Origin: Takakia lepidozioides
Taxonomy: Eukaryota > Plantae > Bryophyta
Direction: 5' to 3'
Assembly (NCBI GenBank): GCA_030704615.1
Contig: CM060732.1
Span: 42,966,001-43,030,000, forward strand
DNA length: 64,000 nucleotides
Part shown: in pieces, positions 23,066-37,000 of the stretch
Layout: each line of letters opens with the position of its first letter
Numbering within the stretch: position 1 is the stretch's first letter
Position numbers and translations under genes: made by a program
The notes under the pieces: model-generated
The model's input: the letters and a program-made list of their open reading frames with translations, nothing else
The model's database searches: none
Told to the model about the DNA's origin: nothing

Positions 23066-24345
23066 GAGATGCATATTGAATTATGTAAGTTAGCTCGTTG
23101 CTCATTGATAAGTAGGGTTGGGGGTGTTTTGCTGGAATGATTGTTGTATGCATGATTTTGTGCAGAGGCATAGATAGCTGAAGGAGCAGGGATAGAGTGT
23201 GGAAGAGGGCCAGATTTCAAGCTCCAGATTATCTATGATTCCCTGTGGAAGGATAGATACAAGAAACCTGCATGGGTAGATGGTCAATTGGAAGCCGCAG
23301 CAGCAGCAGCACAATTGATACAATCAAGCACTGCTAATGAAGGCACCTTCTGAAACACATTTCACCCTATTTTCCCCTCTTATCAGAATCGGCCGTAAAT
23401 TTTCATGTTCAATTCTGCAAGTTAGCTGGTTGAGTGAATCTAGTTGGAGTGACTTTGACATGATACTGCCAATGTGACAAGAGTATGCATTGAACCCATT
23501 GGTAGCGGGATATTGGGATATCTCTTGGCCATGTGCCATCGTCAAAGCTGAAACTGTACTAGTTGTCATTCTGACCACTGCCCTAGTGGACATGTATGCC
23601 AAATGTGGGTGCAGCAAGCCTGATGCAAAGGGAGAGTTCGACAACATGGCTAAATGAGATGTGGTGTTGTGGACTGCCATGATTGTAAGGTGTGTGTAGC
23701 ATAGGTGTGGGAGTAAGGCTTTGGAAACATAAGAACAAATGATGTGGGAAAGGATGAAGCCAAACCAGGTCATGTTCATTTGTGTTTGTTAATATGCATA
23801 TGCGAGCCTAGCAGCCCTGGGAAGGGGCCAAGAGGTTCATGGTGACATCATCAAAGCTGGAATTGTACCTGATGTCATTCTGAACATTCCCCTGGTGTAC
23901 ATGTATGTCAAATGCGAGCCTGGTAGCCCTGGAAAGGACGCAAAGGTCCATTATCAAATTTGGAATTGTACCACTAGATGTCACTCTAAACACTGCCTTG
24001 GTGGATATGTATGTCAAATGCACGCCTGGCAGCCCTGAAAAAGGGTACAGAGGTCCACGGTGAAATTGTCAAAGCTGGTATTGTATTTGATGTGATTCTG
24101 AACGTTGTCGTAGTTGACATGTATGCCAAGGTTGCAGGGTGCAACTACAAGGATACATGGTTGTTTTGATAATATGGCTGAATGAGATGTGGTACCAGCC
24201 TAGCCCATAATTGCACTTACCTAGAGTAGGCAATGAGTGAAGACGGGGTTTGTGATGTTGATCGTCCAAGCTGGAATTAAACAAATGTTGTTCTGAACTA
24301 TGCCCTTGTGGACTTGTATGCCAAATTGGGGTGCATGGAGGATGA
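22229..24345 (+). pseudogene. Degenerate PLS-class PPR gene preceded by OSB-like PDF (WWDNR...PDY) motif exons
   Basis: PPR motifs TALVDMYAKCG, DVVLWTAMI, MKPNQVMFICV, ASLAALGRGQEVHGDIIKAGIVPDVILNIPLVYMYVKC and VVVDMYAK at ~23530-24340, with many stops and frameshifts. Cut off by MULE sequence at ~24350. Confidence 0.75.
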
Positions 24346-24349
24346 TGAT

Positions 24350-26771
24350 CCGCAACAACATCTGCAATTGCTCTTGGCGCAAGCAAGTCCTTCTTGGAAA
24401 GCCATATTTTGAGTGAAGGGGATTCTGTGGGGACTAAACTTGACGGTGCAGCATTGGACCTGGTCATGGATCATTTCTCCACTTTAAGTTCACCGAACAT
24501 TCGGCATCAGATCAATGCATTGAGAATAGGCTCTGGGATCAGAGGCTACATAGACAATATTTTGGAATTGAAACGAGTGAGCAAGTACGATTACATCCAG
24601 GACAATGTATTCCCAGGTCAAGGTGCCATCAAAGTTTTTCTTTTCAAAATGTCGACTGTTGGGGAGGGCAGTGGGGTTAGCCTCGTGAAGCGGATGCAGA
24701 AGACTGGGGACTTGCAGAACTGTTTTCTTATGTTTGATCATGTGAAACGAGTGAACGATTGGACGACAATGGCTTGTCATGTCTACGATCCAGTGTACCA
24801 ATGAGTTATGACAATTGCAGTTTGTGACATGCAATCCGAGGATACGGAATCCCAGAAGCTCATGTGGAATTCCCTGATACGTGTCATGGGCTGCCATGGG
24901 CTGCCATCTCCAAATTTCACAGGTTTCATGGCGGATAGTGCTCAAGCAAATTTCAATGCTGTTCGTATTGTCTTCGGATCGGGCGACCCAAAAGTGCCTA
25001 TGCCAGGAAGAGAGCGTACATGTCTATTCCATTGGACACAATCTCTGGAAAAACATACAAAGTCGGACATCAAACCAGAGATGCAGACTCAGCACCGTAA
25101 ATTGTGCAAAGAGTACAAAGATGCTAGAACAATGAAGGAGGCGGACACTTTGTTCCAGACAATTCGTGCCTGGTGGTTCTCTTCTGGAGCTGCATCACTT
25201 GAGAGTATGAGAGCATTGGAAGATTGGCTGGCGTTTTGGCACTTCCGGTATAGACAGTGGGGAGCAGCCATGCCATTGGTACGAGGCTTATATTTATTGC
25301 TTTTTCATACATTTGCTTTCCATTTTATTGTGTCCTCGCTTTCTTTATGTTGTTTTCTGTTCACTGTTTTGAAGTGTGGTTCTGCACTTTGCAGAACATG
25401 TCCATTGAGGAAATGACGAACATGCCATCTTGCAATTTGGCAGAAACTGTGCACAACGCATGGTTGCAGCAGTCTGGGAAACGAGGTTGGGATTTGTATG
25501 TGGCAACAACATATGATTTGATACGTGCCTTGCAACAACAAACCCGATACCGTGATTTCTTACGAGGTGGGGTTGGTGGCAAGGGTCCGGACAAATGGGA
25601 GTTGATGTTGCGTGCTGCAAACAGATCTGGGGATCCAATCAAGATAGCACGGGCGGTGAGCATGTATGCCCAGGGAACGCCACTTGTTTCTAGAGTTCCA
25701 CATCTTGAAGGGGAGGAGAGATTCGGCTTCTGTAAGAGGAAATTGAACACTCCACCTGGTTCGGATTCAGATTCCCACAGGGCAGACCGTGATAACTTCT
25801 CGAAGCCTCGTGTTCCCCTGCATGATAGCTCCATGTCCGGAACCTCCATTGTGGAGGAACCTCCAACACGACGGCAAGCTCCAGCATCAAACAGTGCCAT
25901 TGAAATGGTGCAGGAGAGAAACAACCCCCTTGATGTGCTTGAGTCCGCATGCCCCGACCACGTTTGGCACATAGAACGTACAAGTGTAGGGTCTCGTGTG
26001 AAATGTACAGCGATCAGGGCAACTAATTTCGAGAAGTGCACTTCATCTATATCCAGAGGTGGTGCCCGAACTCCTGCTCCGACTTTCACGGGCTTGATGC
26101 GTCCATACGGTCAACCAGAAGCCAAGAACCACAAGTTCTGGTTCTGCGCAGATGATTGTGCCAGATGTGTGCATGGAACTGTGCGTCCTTCCGTAGTGAT
26201 GAAGCCATCTCCTCCAACCGTTTGGCTCGTGAAGGTGGGAACACATCTCAGCTTTTAGGAGATTGAAATGCTGGAGGAGGCAGGTTTTTCCCTTGCGAGA
26301 CAACCCCAACTCCATGCATGTGCTACTACTTCTGCGTCCTCCCGGGTCCCCCTGGCAAATCCTGACTTGTGGCCAACCAAACGAGATGGAAAGCTCGTTC
26401 GGCGTTTCCCTCCAACCGTTGAACACTTTGGCAAAGTGGAGTCCGCAAGAATGCTGTTGGAAGCACCACGGAAGTACCCGATCCAGGATATGGTCGGGTA
26501 TTCACAATCATCACTTCCACATCTGCTGTTCATGACAGGACCTACGACATCACGGTTTCCAATTTCCCCAATTGCACATGTCCTGATTTTGTGAATATGC
26601 TATCAACCAGTTTGGGCAAGAGAGGTAAATTCATACCCTGCAAACATTTGTATTTCATATTTTTGAAGAGGATGGTTTGCGATTCCAAACGTGACAACCT
26701 CATTCACCAGGCCATTATGAGTTTCAACGAGGTCGATACTCTTTTGCAGCGGGATACAACACATGGGTAGC
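24350..26771 (+). mobile_element. Mutator-like (MULE) transposase with C-terminal SWIM zinc finger, 5'-truncated and disabled
   Basis: FDHVKRVNDWTTMACHVYD, TIAVCDMQSED, FMADSAQANFNAVR, RTCLFHW (CxxH), NLAETVHNAW, and SWIM-like CTCPDFVNM...IPCKHLYFIF. In-frame TGA at 24802-24804 and TAG at 26256-26258; probable intron ~25279-25394. Confidence 0.9.
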
Positions 26772-27179
26772 ATCAACTATACAATGTGGTATGTGGACGA
26801 CCATGATTTGAAATGTGTAATTCACATCAACTCGTCGGCGGTGCAATGTTATGGCCTCCAACTATACGGAGTGAGCTCTGAGTGACAACTTTTAGGTAGT
26901 GCACATTTGTCATTGCACCGTTCGAAGTCTACATGTCTTGCTGTCGCTATGCACTACAATCATCTTTTGAAGATGATCCTAACTCTCATTGTTATTTGAG
27001 GAGGGAGGAAGATCTTCCCGTGGCAGCCTTTATGGCGCACACTTTGTGAGGATATTTTTTCGTCTTTGTAATTGTAAAAATGAAACAAACATTTGTAATT
27101 GCACAATGTTGGATGCTGCAATTGTAGGCCTCAACGCTCGTCTTGATTCTATTTAGGCAAGATTCCCTGCATAAATTCC

Positions 27180-27830
27180 ACGGTCATAGGACCATCCACG
27201 GTTATAGGTGGCGCATGTTAATGCTGACGTGGCAGATGACGGATAGTGCCACGTCATCATTTACCGCCATATCAGCATGGTGACATGACGCTCACGCCAC
27301 GTCAGCGTGTGTGCAGGCTCACGCCACGTCAGCTGGCGTGAGCGTACGCTCGCGCGCTCACGCCATTGCGTCGTTGGGCGCGTCGGGGGAGCGGCGACGT
27401 CTGAGGGGAGCGCGCCGTGGATGGGAGGAGGGGATCGACGGCGGCGGAGCACCACCTGGCGATGGATGCGAGAGGGGATCGACGGTTCGGGGAGCGCCAC
27501 GTGGCTGGAGATGGGGTGGGGGATCACTCCGGCACCAGAAGGGGGATCAACCCAATGAGGGGATCCACAGCGGGGGGCCGCCACGTGGCTGAAGATCGGG
27601 CGGTGCTGTGGGGCGCCGCGTGGCCAGCGGTGGGCGGGGGTCGGGGGTCCCGGGCGGGCGGGCAGGTGCGGGGGGTTGGGGGGGGGCGCGGGGAGCAGCG
27701 GGCTGGCGGGGGGCGGGGCAGCGGGCGGAGGGGTCGGAGGGGGTGGGGATGATTTGACATGGGGCGTCCAGCTCGTCGACGAGGCTGCCGGAGGGGGGAT
27801 TCCCCGGCTGTACCTCGCGGGCCGTACCAC
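27180..27830. repeat. Very GC-rich TE-terminal-like segment with GCCACGT/ACGTGGC repeats and long G-runs
   Basis: At least six (g)ccacgt/acgtggc cores between ~27225 and 27590, and dense GGG+ tracts at 27630-27750. Lies directly downstream of the MULE coding remnant. Confidence 0.55.
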
Positions 27831-28012
27831 ACGCTTGCAATAAAATCAAGCCACATCCATATTGGGACCGGTTGTAACGAGGTTGGCCGGTTGTGGGCCA
27901 CCACATTGTTAGGAAGTGAACTCCCATGGAGATAACTGCATCAAGACTTATGATTTGGAAGTGTGTAATTGCCTCCATGCAGGTAATTTCTTGACTACCT
28001 TCATGAAGGTCC

Positions 28013-31000
28013 ATGAATGTACAGAGGCCTACCTACCCTGCCTATTGCCGCCATGGACTCTTCTTGGGAGACCCTAAAATATCGCCCAGTCCAGATACAG
28101 CTCCCCGACCTGGAGAGAGCCCCGCGGAGACCGCTGGACAGGATCTAGCAGTTTATGACGTTATCTGCGATGCGAATGCGTTTGTGAAGGATTTAGCAAT
28201 CTACAACTCTGCACATTGTCTGGAGCACTGTCGCGTACGGGGCGTAAAGTTTGGGCTTTTTTAAGACCTGGAATGTGCAGACAAGATTGAATGTAACTTA
28301 GTGTCTCGACATGTTTATCATAAACATCTTGCTCGGAAGCTTGACGCTGATGGTAGACGAAATGATCTGGCTAATTATGATTCAACACCTTGGAGTTCTT
28401 TGCGACTCTCTGAATGTGGAGGGCTAGAGATTGCAAATTTCTTCAAATTACTTGATTTTTCTGGCTCAATTTCAGCACATGCATTGTATTTTCATTACTG
28501 ACCTTCGAAGAATTCGAGGGGGGGGGGAGCGAGCGAGCATTGTCTTGATTTCTAGGTGACATCCGTTTGTCATTGTTGTTTCTGTGTGGAGAAAGAAATA
28601 CTCTCTACCTTCTCTTTCTTTTTGTTTCTTGGGGACAACGAAGCTGAGTCGAAACTAGTCTCTTGTTAGACGTATTAGATTGTGGACTTGGATAGCTTTG
28701 AGTTTACCCATGTTAAGGGATGAAGCGATTGACACATCAGTATCAGTAGCTATGATCTTATCTCCCGTCCAGCAATGAATCCAAGCACTCAATTACCCAG
28801 GGGTGTTAGAGTTGAGCACCACTTCAACTGTCAGTACCTCTTTCGCGGTCAGATACAGATATAAATTGCTCTTCCCTACTTTAATCGGTAAAATACTTCT
28901 TAAGGATTCTAGGCAATAACAACATTTGAGAGTTGCTAAGAATATGTATCGGTGGGACATGAAGTCTCGCAAGTCATACCGAGTGTAGCTCGTATCGGTT
29001 TACAGGCAGGAAAGCATACTTCGAAACACTCCCATGGCACGCAAGGGTTACGACTCACACCTTACTTATCATGAACCAAGATTTGCTATGAAAAAGAACA
29101 GTTTGGATTCTCATCGCAAAGCCTCTGTTCCCTCTTCTCCTCCAGAACTGAAAGAGATTAAACAACTGGCCTTCTAGTGAGACGCCTTGGAAGGGCTCTC
29201 AATAGGAAAAATGCGCAGGATATTGAACATGCTTCTTAGGGCATTCGAATTTATAATCTCTTCACTGCAGCTCTACGAGAAACCTGATCCCGCATCCTGT
29301 GATGAGTGGTACTCATTACTCACTGTAATGCTTGTCAAAGATTTCTTTTCACAAGATCTGCGGTAAACCTATCGCGCAGCTTGCACAGAACTCTGGGGTG
29401 AAGTTATATGATTTTGGCCATTGAGGTTTCTTCAGACTAGCGGTCGAGATCCTTGATATAAAGAATGCAGCTTACTGCATAAGGAAGCTTCTACTATCAC
29501 TGTTTTCACAACATTCACAAAAATCTGATGTTTATACCATCTGACATACAGGTTAGTGGCTGTGAGTTGGTCAGCAGACAAGTGTTGGATCAGCGTCGAC
29601 AATGGGACACTATCCCACAGGTCCCACAGCCTGTGTGGATGATCCAACATGCAAGGTTCGCGTCACCAGTATGCGGGATGCGGGACCGATTACTGTCTTT
29701 GTCTTCTGGGCAATTGTTGTTATGAACTGCACTGTTTTCCAGATATGGAAACATGTGAGACTAACGAGGCATCCTGTGAGGCCGATATTTGTTCGAGAGA
29801 GCAACCTCGAACAAATATCGTCTGCTGGCAGCAAACCTACTGAGGCCGTCCCAGTGCTATCCAATCACAGGTAACCATCTGATACTGATAATGCTCTCTC
29901 TCTTTCTTTGGCGTTGTTTGTGCTTTATTATTGTTCTCCTTGGACCTTCTGATAAAAGAACGAATGTAAGTGAGGGAGCAAATGGGGTTTAAGTCTAGTG
30001 CACATTGTTGAATAGAACCCCCTAATGCCTCTAGGAGGTTGAGTACCCCAAGATGCCCACGCCTGGAATGTTATGTCATAGGGGGTGCCTCTCTTTAACT
30101 CCATAACCTTTCTCTCTGTGTGGAACTCGTACAGTTTTTTTCTTCTTTCTTTCACTTTGTCCTTCTTGCAGGGTACCATGCGCAGTACATAATTTGCATG
30201 AAGTAGTGCTGCTAGAGGGGACAATCTAATGTATTATGAGCCAAAAGTGGCAAACGACATATGCAGAGCTGACCACAATGCTGTCAAGGAATTGAGCGCT
30301 GACGTAAGGGCTGGTGCTGAGTTCTGGGTTTGCATACAGAAGGGTAGGCTTCCATGGGGATTAATGTCCTCAAGGATATGTCAAAGCCAAGGGGTTGACA
30401 GCAAGTGCCATTGAGTACAGACATACTTCTGTTTCTCCTCTCTTTGTGTGGCATGGATGTACCCACCCCAAACCCTGTTTCAGGCTGTTATGGCCTTGGA
30501 AGGAAATCTGAGAACCAGTACTGTCTAAAGAGGGCCCTTGGAGCAGGCCTCACATGTTAGTGCTGGTATCTCATATTACCCTGCTTTTCTGTTCTGTTCA
30601 AAGAGACCTTTCAAACCTCAACTGTTTTTTGATTGGATTGAATCCACCGGGGTTGCTGATGACACTTTCCTTGGTGATTGGTGAATAGACTAATTTTTTC
30701 TCCTGAAAGAGTTCACGTGATGCTAAGTAGAGCATTCGGAAATTGTTCAATGAATGTATTGACATGGGATGTGCAGGGATGGAGGGGAATCCTCCAAAGA
30801 GGTTCATGTGAGCATGGAAGGGGAGAGAGAGCTTCAGTTCATGGGGTACAATCGGACATTTTTTGGCGAGTTTTGTTATTTGCTTTGCTGCCTGGTGTCT
30901 CTTCAGTGGATTGCACTTTATGTGTTGATTTTGGTGGACACCTATAACAAGTGCGAAGTTGGCAGCATCGATAACCTTTGTTTTTTTGGCAACAATGTTA

Positions 31001-34000
31001 TTTTTGGTACATATAATTTGAATGGGAAGGTGAGTTGGCATTTACTTCATCTGTTTCATTGATTCCGCCTCCTGTTCACCTTTCTCATCCTTCCACTTCC
31101 ACACTCCGTCACCTCTCTATCTCTGGGATCCTGTCTTGGTCCGACCTCTTTCTCACCAAATTCCTGTGTTAATAGCTAATTTTGCTGCACCTCCAAAGCA
31201 CCCTCACCTCGCCAATATGATCTTTATCTTGTGTCCTCTCATGTCATAGTTGCTGAAGAGACTGCCTCAGAGTGTGTGGCTGAGGGATCTTTGTAGCTCA
31301 GCACAGGGTTTTTCCTACTTTGTTTGTGTAGATCTTGATGCTCCAAGGCCATTGATCCTTGTAACCTGGGTTCTCCTTCAGCGGTGTCACTTGACCAATA
31401 CCCCCAAAGAGCTCCCGGATCTCTTCTTCCCTCAGATCTATTGGCAGGGATGAGATGTGTGTGCTGTCACAGGTGTCATTACCATTTTCGTCCTACTGTT
31501 TGGTTTTTGCATTGGCCCTACCACTAATGAACGTAGGTATCCTTTTCCAACTGATCTTGATAACCATGTTTCTTGCTGAAACCTTTACCTCATTGCTCCT
31601 CCCACTCCTTCCTTGACTCCCTCCATAGCCAGGGGGGATGTTGCATTTGCCCAAAACAATGTGGCCTCCATAGCCACTGACTTGGTCCCTACTATAGCAG
31701 GTTATCCCAGTGTCTTTGCACTCCATCCCTCTTATAATTTGTTTCCGTTTCCCCATAATTGGTATTGGGGAATGTCCAGTCACCACTTCTATCCTGACTA
31801 TTATCTCCCTGGAGTCGCTTGCTAAGAATTCTGGAAGGCCAACTCTAGTCCTTGTCCGAAGGTAGTTGTTAGGACTAGTATTCAGAGCTTGTATTGGCCC
31901 CTTGCTTCCCTCCTATTTTCCTTCACTGCTTTGAGAAGCTGGGAAAGGGGGCACTCCAAAAGTTGCCATCTATTCACTCTTGCTTGATGGAACCATTATT
32001 TGACTTGTTCTCAGGCTGTGACATGGACAGGTATTTTTTGTGGTATGGTGGCTGTCAGCCTTCTGGTTCACTGCCTGGGTGAGCAGTAAGGGAAAAGTGC
32101 ACAATTGGTTTCGCATGCCTTGTGATCTATCTCAGGCAACCGTGGTCTATGTGTGGGCAAAAGACGAGCAGCAAATCCTTTCTGTCAACGTTTTCTTCCT
32201 TGTTCATATTCTTCGCCGTGTTAAGGTAGGCAACGAGTCCTGGACAGGACAAGTCATAGCTGGTAGTTTGGCCACGTGATATTGAGTTGCCTAGACATAA
32301 AATCTAAGAAACAACACAATCTTCTGTTAAAGCAGCTCTGCGAAGAAATAAAGCTAGGGGGGGTTGTAAGGGTCAGCCAGCATCGCATGCACATATGGGA
32401 TGTTTGTAGGTTGTTTTAGCAACCTTGATGAAGTTTATGTCCGCAGAATAGGGTGATACCCCAAGGGAGTAGGGGCCATTTTGAAACAATTGGCATCTCC
32501 ACAACTTCTTCGGGTCAACGTCATTTCTTATTCCGAGGTCAGCGCTTTTTGGTGAATGACAACATGCTGCTTCGTGCACACCTGAAAATAGGTGACTCAA
32601 TTTCGGATTTTTACCAGGTGTGTGAAAACGACATATTTCTTACTTGTTTGAATGTGCCAGTGTTCTTTATGTGAGGAGTGGTATGGGTTAGTCAATCATG
32701 TACTTATTTTTTGATCTCTAGTGGAAGTGTGGAGTATGTTTTGATGGTTGTCTGCTGAATCACAGGGAACGAAAGGACTAACCACCAAGGACGCGGACAA
32801 CCGGTTGGAGCGAATTGGTCTTAATGAGATTCCATTCAAGCCTGAAACCCTGCCTTACACAATATTTGATGAGATGTTTACTCTCTTCCATGTCTACCAG
32901 CTAATCATGTACATGCTGCAGTTCTGGAACAGCTATCTCTTTGTGGCATCTCTCATGACCCTTATTGTATTGCTTAGTGCCTCCATCACCATCTTCACCC
33001 GCCGCCGTAGCCAGCTTGCTATTTCCAAGGTGAGTGAGGACATCAAGTCAGCAAATGTTTGGAAATTTTTGTCAAGATCGATGTATCTTTCTCTCTAAAT
33101 ATGCAAGTTTCAATTAGACTGCATAGAGTTTGAATATCTAGAAGGAGAAACTAAGAAATCAGGAGTGGCTGCAGATTACGGAGTATGTGACAGAAGTTGA
33201 TGGGCTTCGCGATGGAGGGTGGACGACACTTGATTCCCGCAGGCTTGTACCAGGAGACGTTGTGAAAGTCAAAAGCGACTGGCTTTTACCCTGTGATTTG
33301 CTCATCGTTGAAGGTGATTGCTCCATCTGAGCAATTGACTTTCCCCATGGAGATGAATAAATCATGCATAGTGGATGCAATTTCTGAACATGAATCCTCC
33401 AGCCTGTTACAAAATTGCAGTATTTTTCTCTAATCCTTGAGTTCCTAATGCAGGTTCGTGTGTCTGCAATGAAAGTTCGTTGACTGGGGAGGCAATGCCC
33501 ATACAGAAGTATATGGCCCCTAACACACCAGTATTGTACGAGCCTGAGGGGCTTGGGGCCCGCCACACTCTGTTTTCTGGAACCAGGGTTCTGCAGGCGG
33601 GTACACAAAATCGTGGTGATGTGCTTGCGATAGTCACAGCAACAGGTTCATCTCTTTCATGGGTTTCGAGCTGATGGAGGGGGAGGGGAGACAGGTTAGA
33701 ATGGGGAAGGGGAGAGATTGCTAGTACTGGTAGGGAGATCCATTTATGCCTCCTCTTAACTCTAGTCTTAAAGAGCAAAATATAGAAATGAAGCGAGATA
33801 TATAGTTTAGGTCAACTTCGCCATAATCTCATGTCTAGACTCAGTAGTTAGGTCCAATCAATGAAGATAAAAAAGAGACTTTACAGAGGGTGGTCGAATG
33901 GTGAAGTCTGCATATGCATTCTCCCCTTTTACAGCTGTGGGCTCACACTCCTTGTGGTGTAAACAAATCCCTAGGAATGTCTACATCAAAGGGCGAGCTG

Positions 34001-37000
34001 CTGTCTAGTATCTTATACCCAGAGAAAATGGCATTCAAGTATGATGAGGAGCTGCCTATCGTGGTGTTGCTCCTCTTGGCCTACGCATTTGTGTGCTTCA
34101 TCATCTCCATAATCTTTCAGGTTTGTAGTAGTAATATTTAGTAGTTGTAAATACTTCTAGGCTGCAGTCAACTGTGGAATTACATTTTGTTTCCCCTATG
34201 GGCTGAAGTATTTGACGATTGAGCAATACAGAAGTCTGTTTGTTTTTAATACCTAACAATTTCATATATTTTGTGTTGAAACTTGGAAGTGCTTAGCGCC
34301 TTACCTGCCTGAGACACTCCGACTTTGTGCATGTTTGGGGTCTGTTTTATTACTAAGTTACTTTGATCTACTGGGCCCCATGGGCCTCTGAGCTTCCAGT
34401 TATAAATTGTTCCTTCCATTTCTTTCTTCGACCTGAGGTGTGGTTGATAGCCATCCTATTGCTAACAACAGTTGTGTGCACTATAACGTCGGGTGTGCAG
34501 AATCACACTGGAGCACAGAGCTTCTGGGTGACCAAATGGATTTACTGCATGGCTATAATCAATCAAATCATGTCTCCATTGCTTCCTGTGGCTCTTGAAG
34601 TCGGCCAGCTGCATGCTGTAGAGCGACTGAAGGTATGCTCCTCTTGCGAACGGAATGTATAGTACATACTTCTATAGTTAACTTCTTGGAGGGGAGTGAA
34701 AGTGAGCTCTTCATATGATCTTCGAAAGATGCTTGTGGTGGGGATAAATGAGCCACCCCTAGTACATGTGAGATTGGAATTGTTAAGAGTGTAGACTATC
34801 TGTTAAACTGCTTATCTCAAACTGTTTACATATAGACATTCAAAGAAGCAACTTTTGGAGATCTGTGTTGCAATGCAGACACGTGGTATCTTTTGCCTGA
34901 ACCCAAAGCGCATAGCGATTGCTGGAAAAATACGTGTCTTCTGCTTTGACAAGACAGGGACCTTAACCAAAGAAGGTCTCGACTTTATAGGCGTCAGAAG
35001 TGTCATAAAATCAGAGGGCAAGGGACCTACATTTGGGCCTCTCATGCTACCAGGAAGAGGAGGCAATGTTGATACACTGACGCTGCATGGGCTAGCGACC
35101 TGCCATGCTGTGACCAAGTTTGGTGATCAGTTTGTGGGAAATCAAGTGGAGGTGGAATTCAATACTCTTTTTTTAAATGCTCTATCAATTGCCTTTATCT
35201 CTTCAGTGACTACTACTATGTCGGTGCTTTTTCTGTCTGTCCATCCCTCCCCTCAATCGCCAAATTCTTTGCTTGTTTGCAAATGCTTCACAAATAACAA
35301 CAGGTGTCCAGTTTGCATGTTGGTAAGACAGCTCCTTTAATCAGCTCATCTGGAGGTTTCCTGTAGGTCAAAATGTTCTCATCTATAGGGTGGGATTTGG
35401 TGGAGAACATCAATGAGCCGCCCCTTGTCTGCAATGGTAATGGGGAGGAGCTGAAGATTCTCAAACGTAACGAGTTTGACCATGCTCGAAGCACCATGAG
35501 TGTAGTGGTTCAAGACAGCCTTGGCGAGCTTCATGTCTTCTGCAAGGTGGGACTTCCCTATCCAGAGAATGGAAGATGGCCGTTTATTAGAGGAAGCCCC
35601 ATTAGCCTATGGAACAAAAAGAATTTTGCAAGTGATAGAAGAAGATGCAAGAGTAGATATGTAATTACTAATGGATTCCTTCAGTTGTTTGCCATACACA
35701 GTTGTGTTGTGGCATACTAACCTTGCAGTTTGCTCACCAGGGTATAAGAAGTTGGTATAAAAGAATTGGCTTGTGTTTCTACACTCTCTGGCAATGATGT
35801 TGTACAAGAGAACATAAGGTGGATTTCTATAGTATGCTACTCCCGTCCCCGACCTGGCAAGGATGTGACACACATGGTTGGATTGCACATTGGAGGAAGG
35901 GATTAAAAAGAAAGTAAATGAAATGGAATGATACTTTATAATGTCCGCAGAAAGCTCAATGAGCCTATAGGACAAGAGAAAGAAATCAACTATATATGTC
36001 TGCAGGGACCCCAAGGGCCCATGGGACAAAGGAAAACAAGAAGCCACTTCAATAAACACCAAACTGCACCCAAAGATAAAGTGCCTCATGCCAGATAACA
36101 GACACTTCGAAAAGCCTCTGCCACAGACTGGGAGTGTCAAATGAAGTCATACTTTATAATGTCCCCGGGAAGCTCAAAGAGCTTATTGACAAGAGGAAGA
36201 AAGAAACAAGAAAGAGAAATGAAATGGTGCTTTATAACGTCCGCGGAAAGCTCGTAGAGCTTATGGGACAAAATGGAAGAAAACATGAGAGAGGAACAAA
36301 TCCAGAAACCACAATTAAAGTTCTAGCGATTGTCTAAGGGTGAAGGCCTCGTGTAGGTAGGCTGCCAAGCATTTTTGATCCTCATAGTGAAAGACATCAG
36401 TGAGAGTTTGGGTTCCACTGAATAAACAGTGGAATCTCCCACGGATCTCGTAGTATAGAGGGCAGTAGAAGAAGTGTTCTTCAGTTTCAATTTCCTTGTT
36501 GCGCCCTATGCAAGCTGGACATAGGCGGTCCTCCCGTTGCAGGTTTTCCCATCTGCCAGTCTCTATCCGTAGGTTGTGGGAACCCACCCTGAACCGCCCC
36601 AATGCCCTCAAGAGGGAAGGAGATAAGGGTGCTGAAAGGTAATTTGGTCTCAAGATTCTATCATCGCGGAGCACCAAGAATGTCTCTCGATAGAGAGAAG
36701 GGCCACAAATAGCCCAAAAGCAACTAAGGCTCAAGGGATTGTCTAAGAGTCCACAGGTAAAGAAACTTTATAACTGCCACAGGGGTCCCCAGGTAATTAC
36801 GTCCAGTGGAGGCCCAAAGGTCCCTAGAAAGGAGAGAGTGGATGGGTTCCATCCACACCTCCAAACCTACAGTAAGAATTTTTTAAATACCTTTGAAGTT
36901 TCTTGATCTACAGTCACATTATAGTTGCAAAGGCTGATGTATCTATTTTTAAGTGGATATTGAATGATGTTTGACTGAACTGTGTTGAACAGGGTTCCTT

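Noticed and set aside
24802-26258. In-frame TGA/TAG in the MULE ORF as programmed readthrough or recoding
   Set aside because: The element is 5'-truncated and has further frameshifts; ordinary decay explains the stops.
27261-28014. Pro-rich/Gly-rich ORFs (extensin-like) in the GC island
   Set aside because: Open frames on both strands are expected from extreme GC content, and there is no signal peptide or regular SPPPP repeat.
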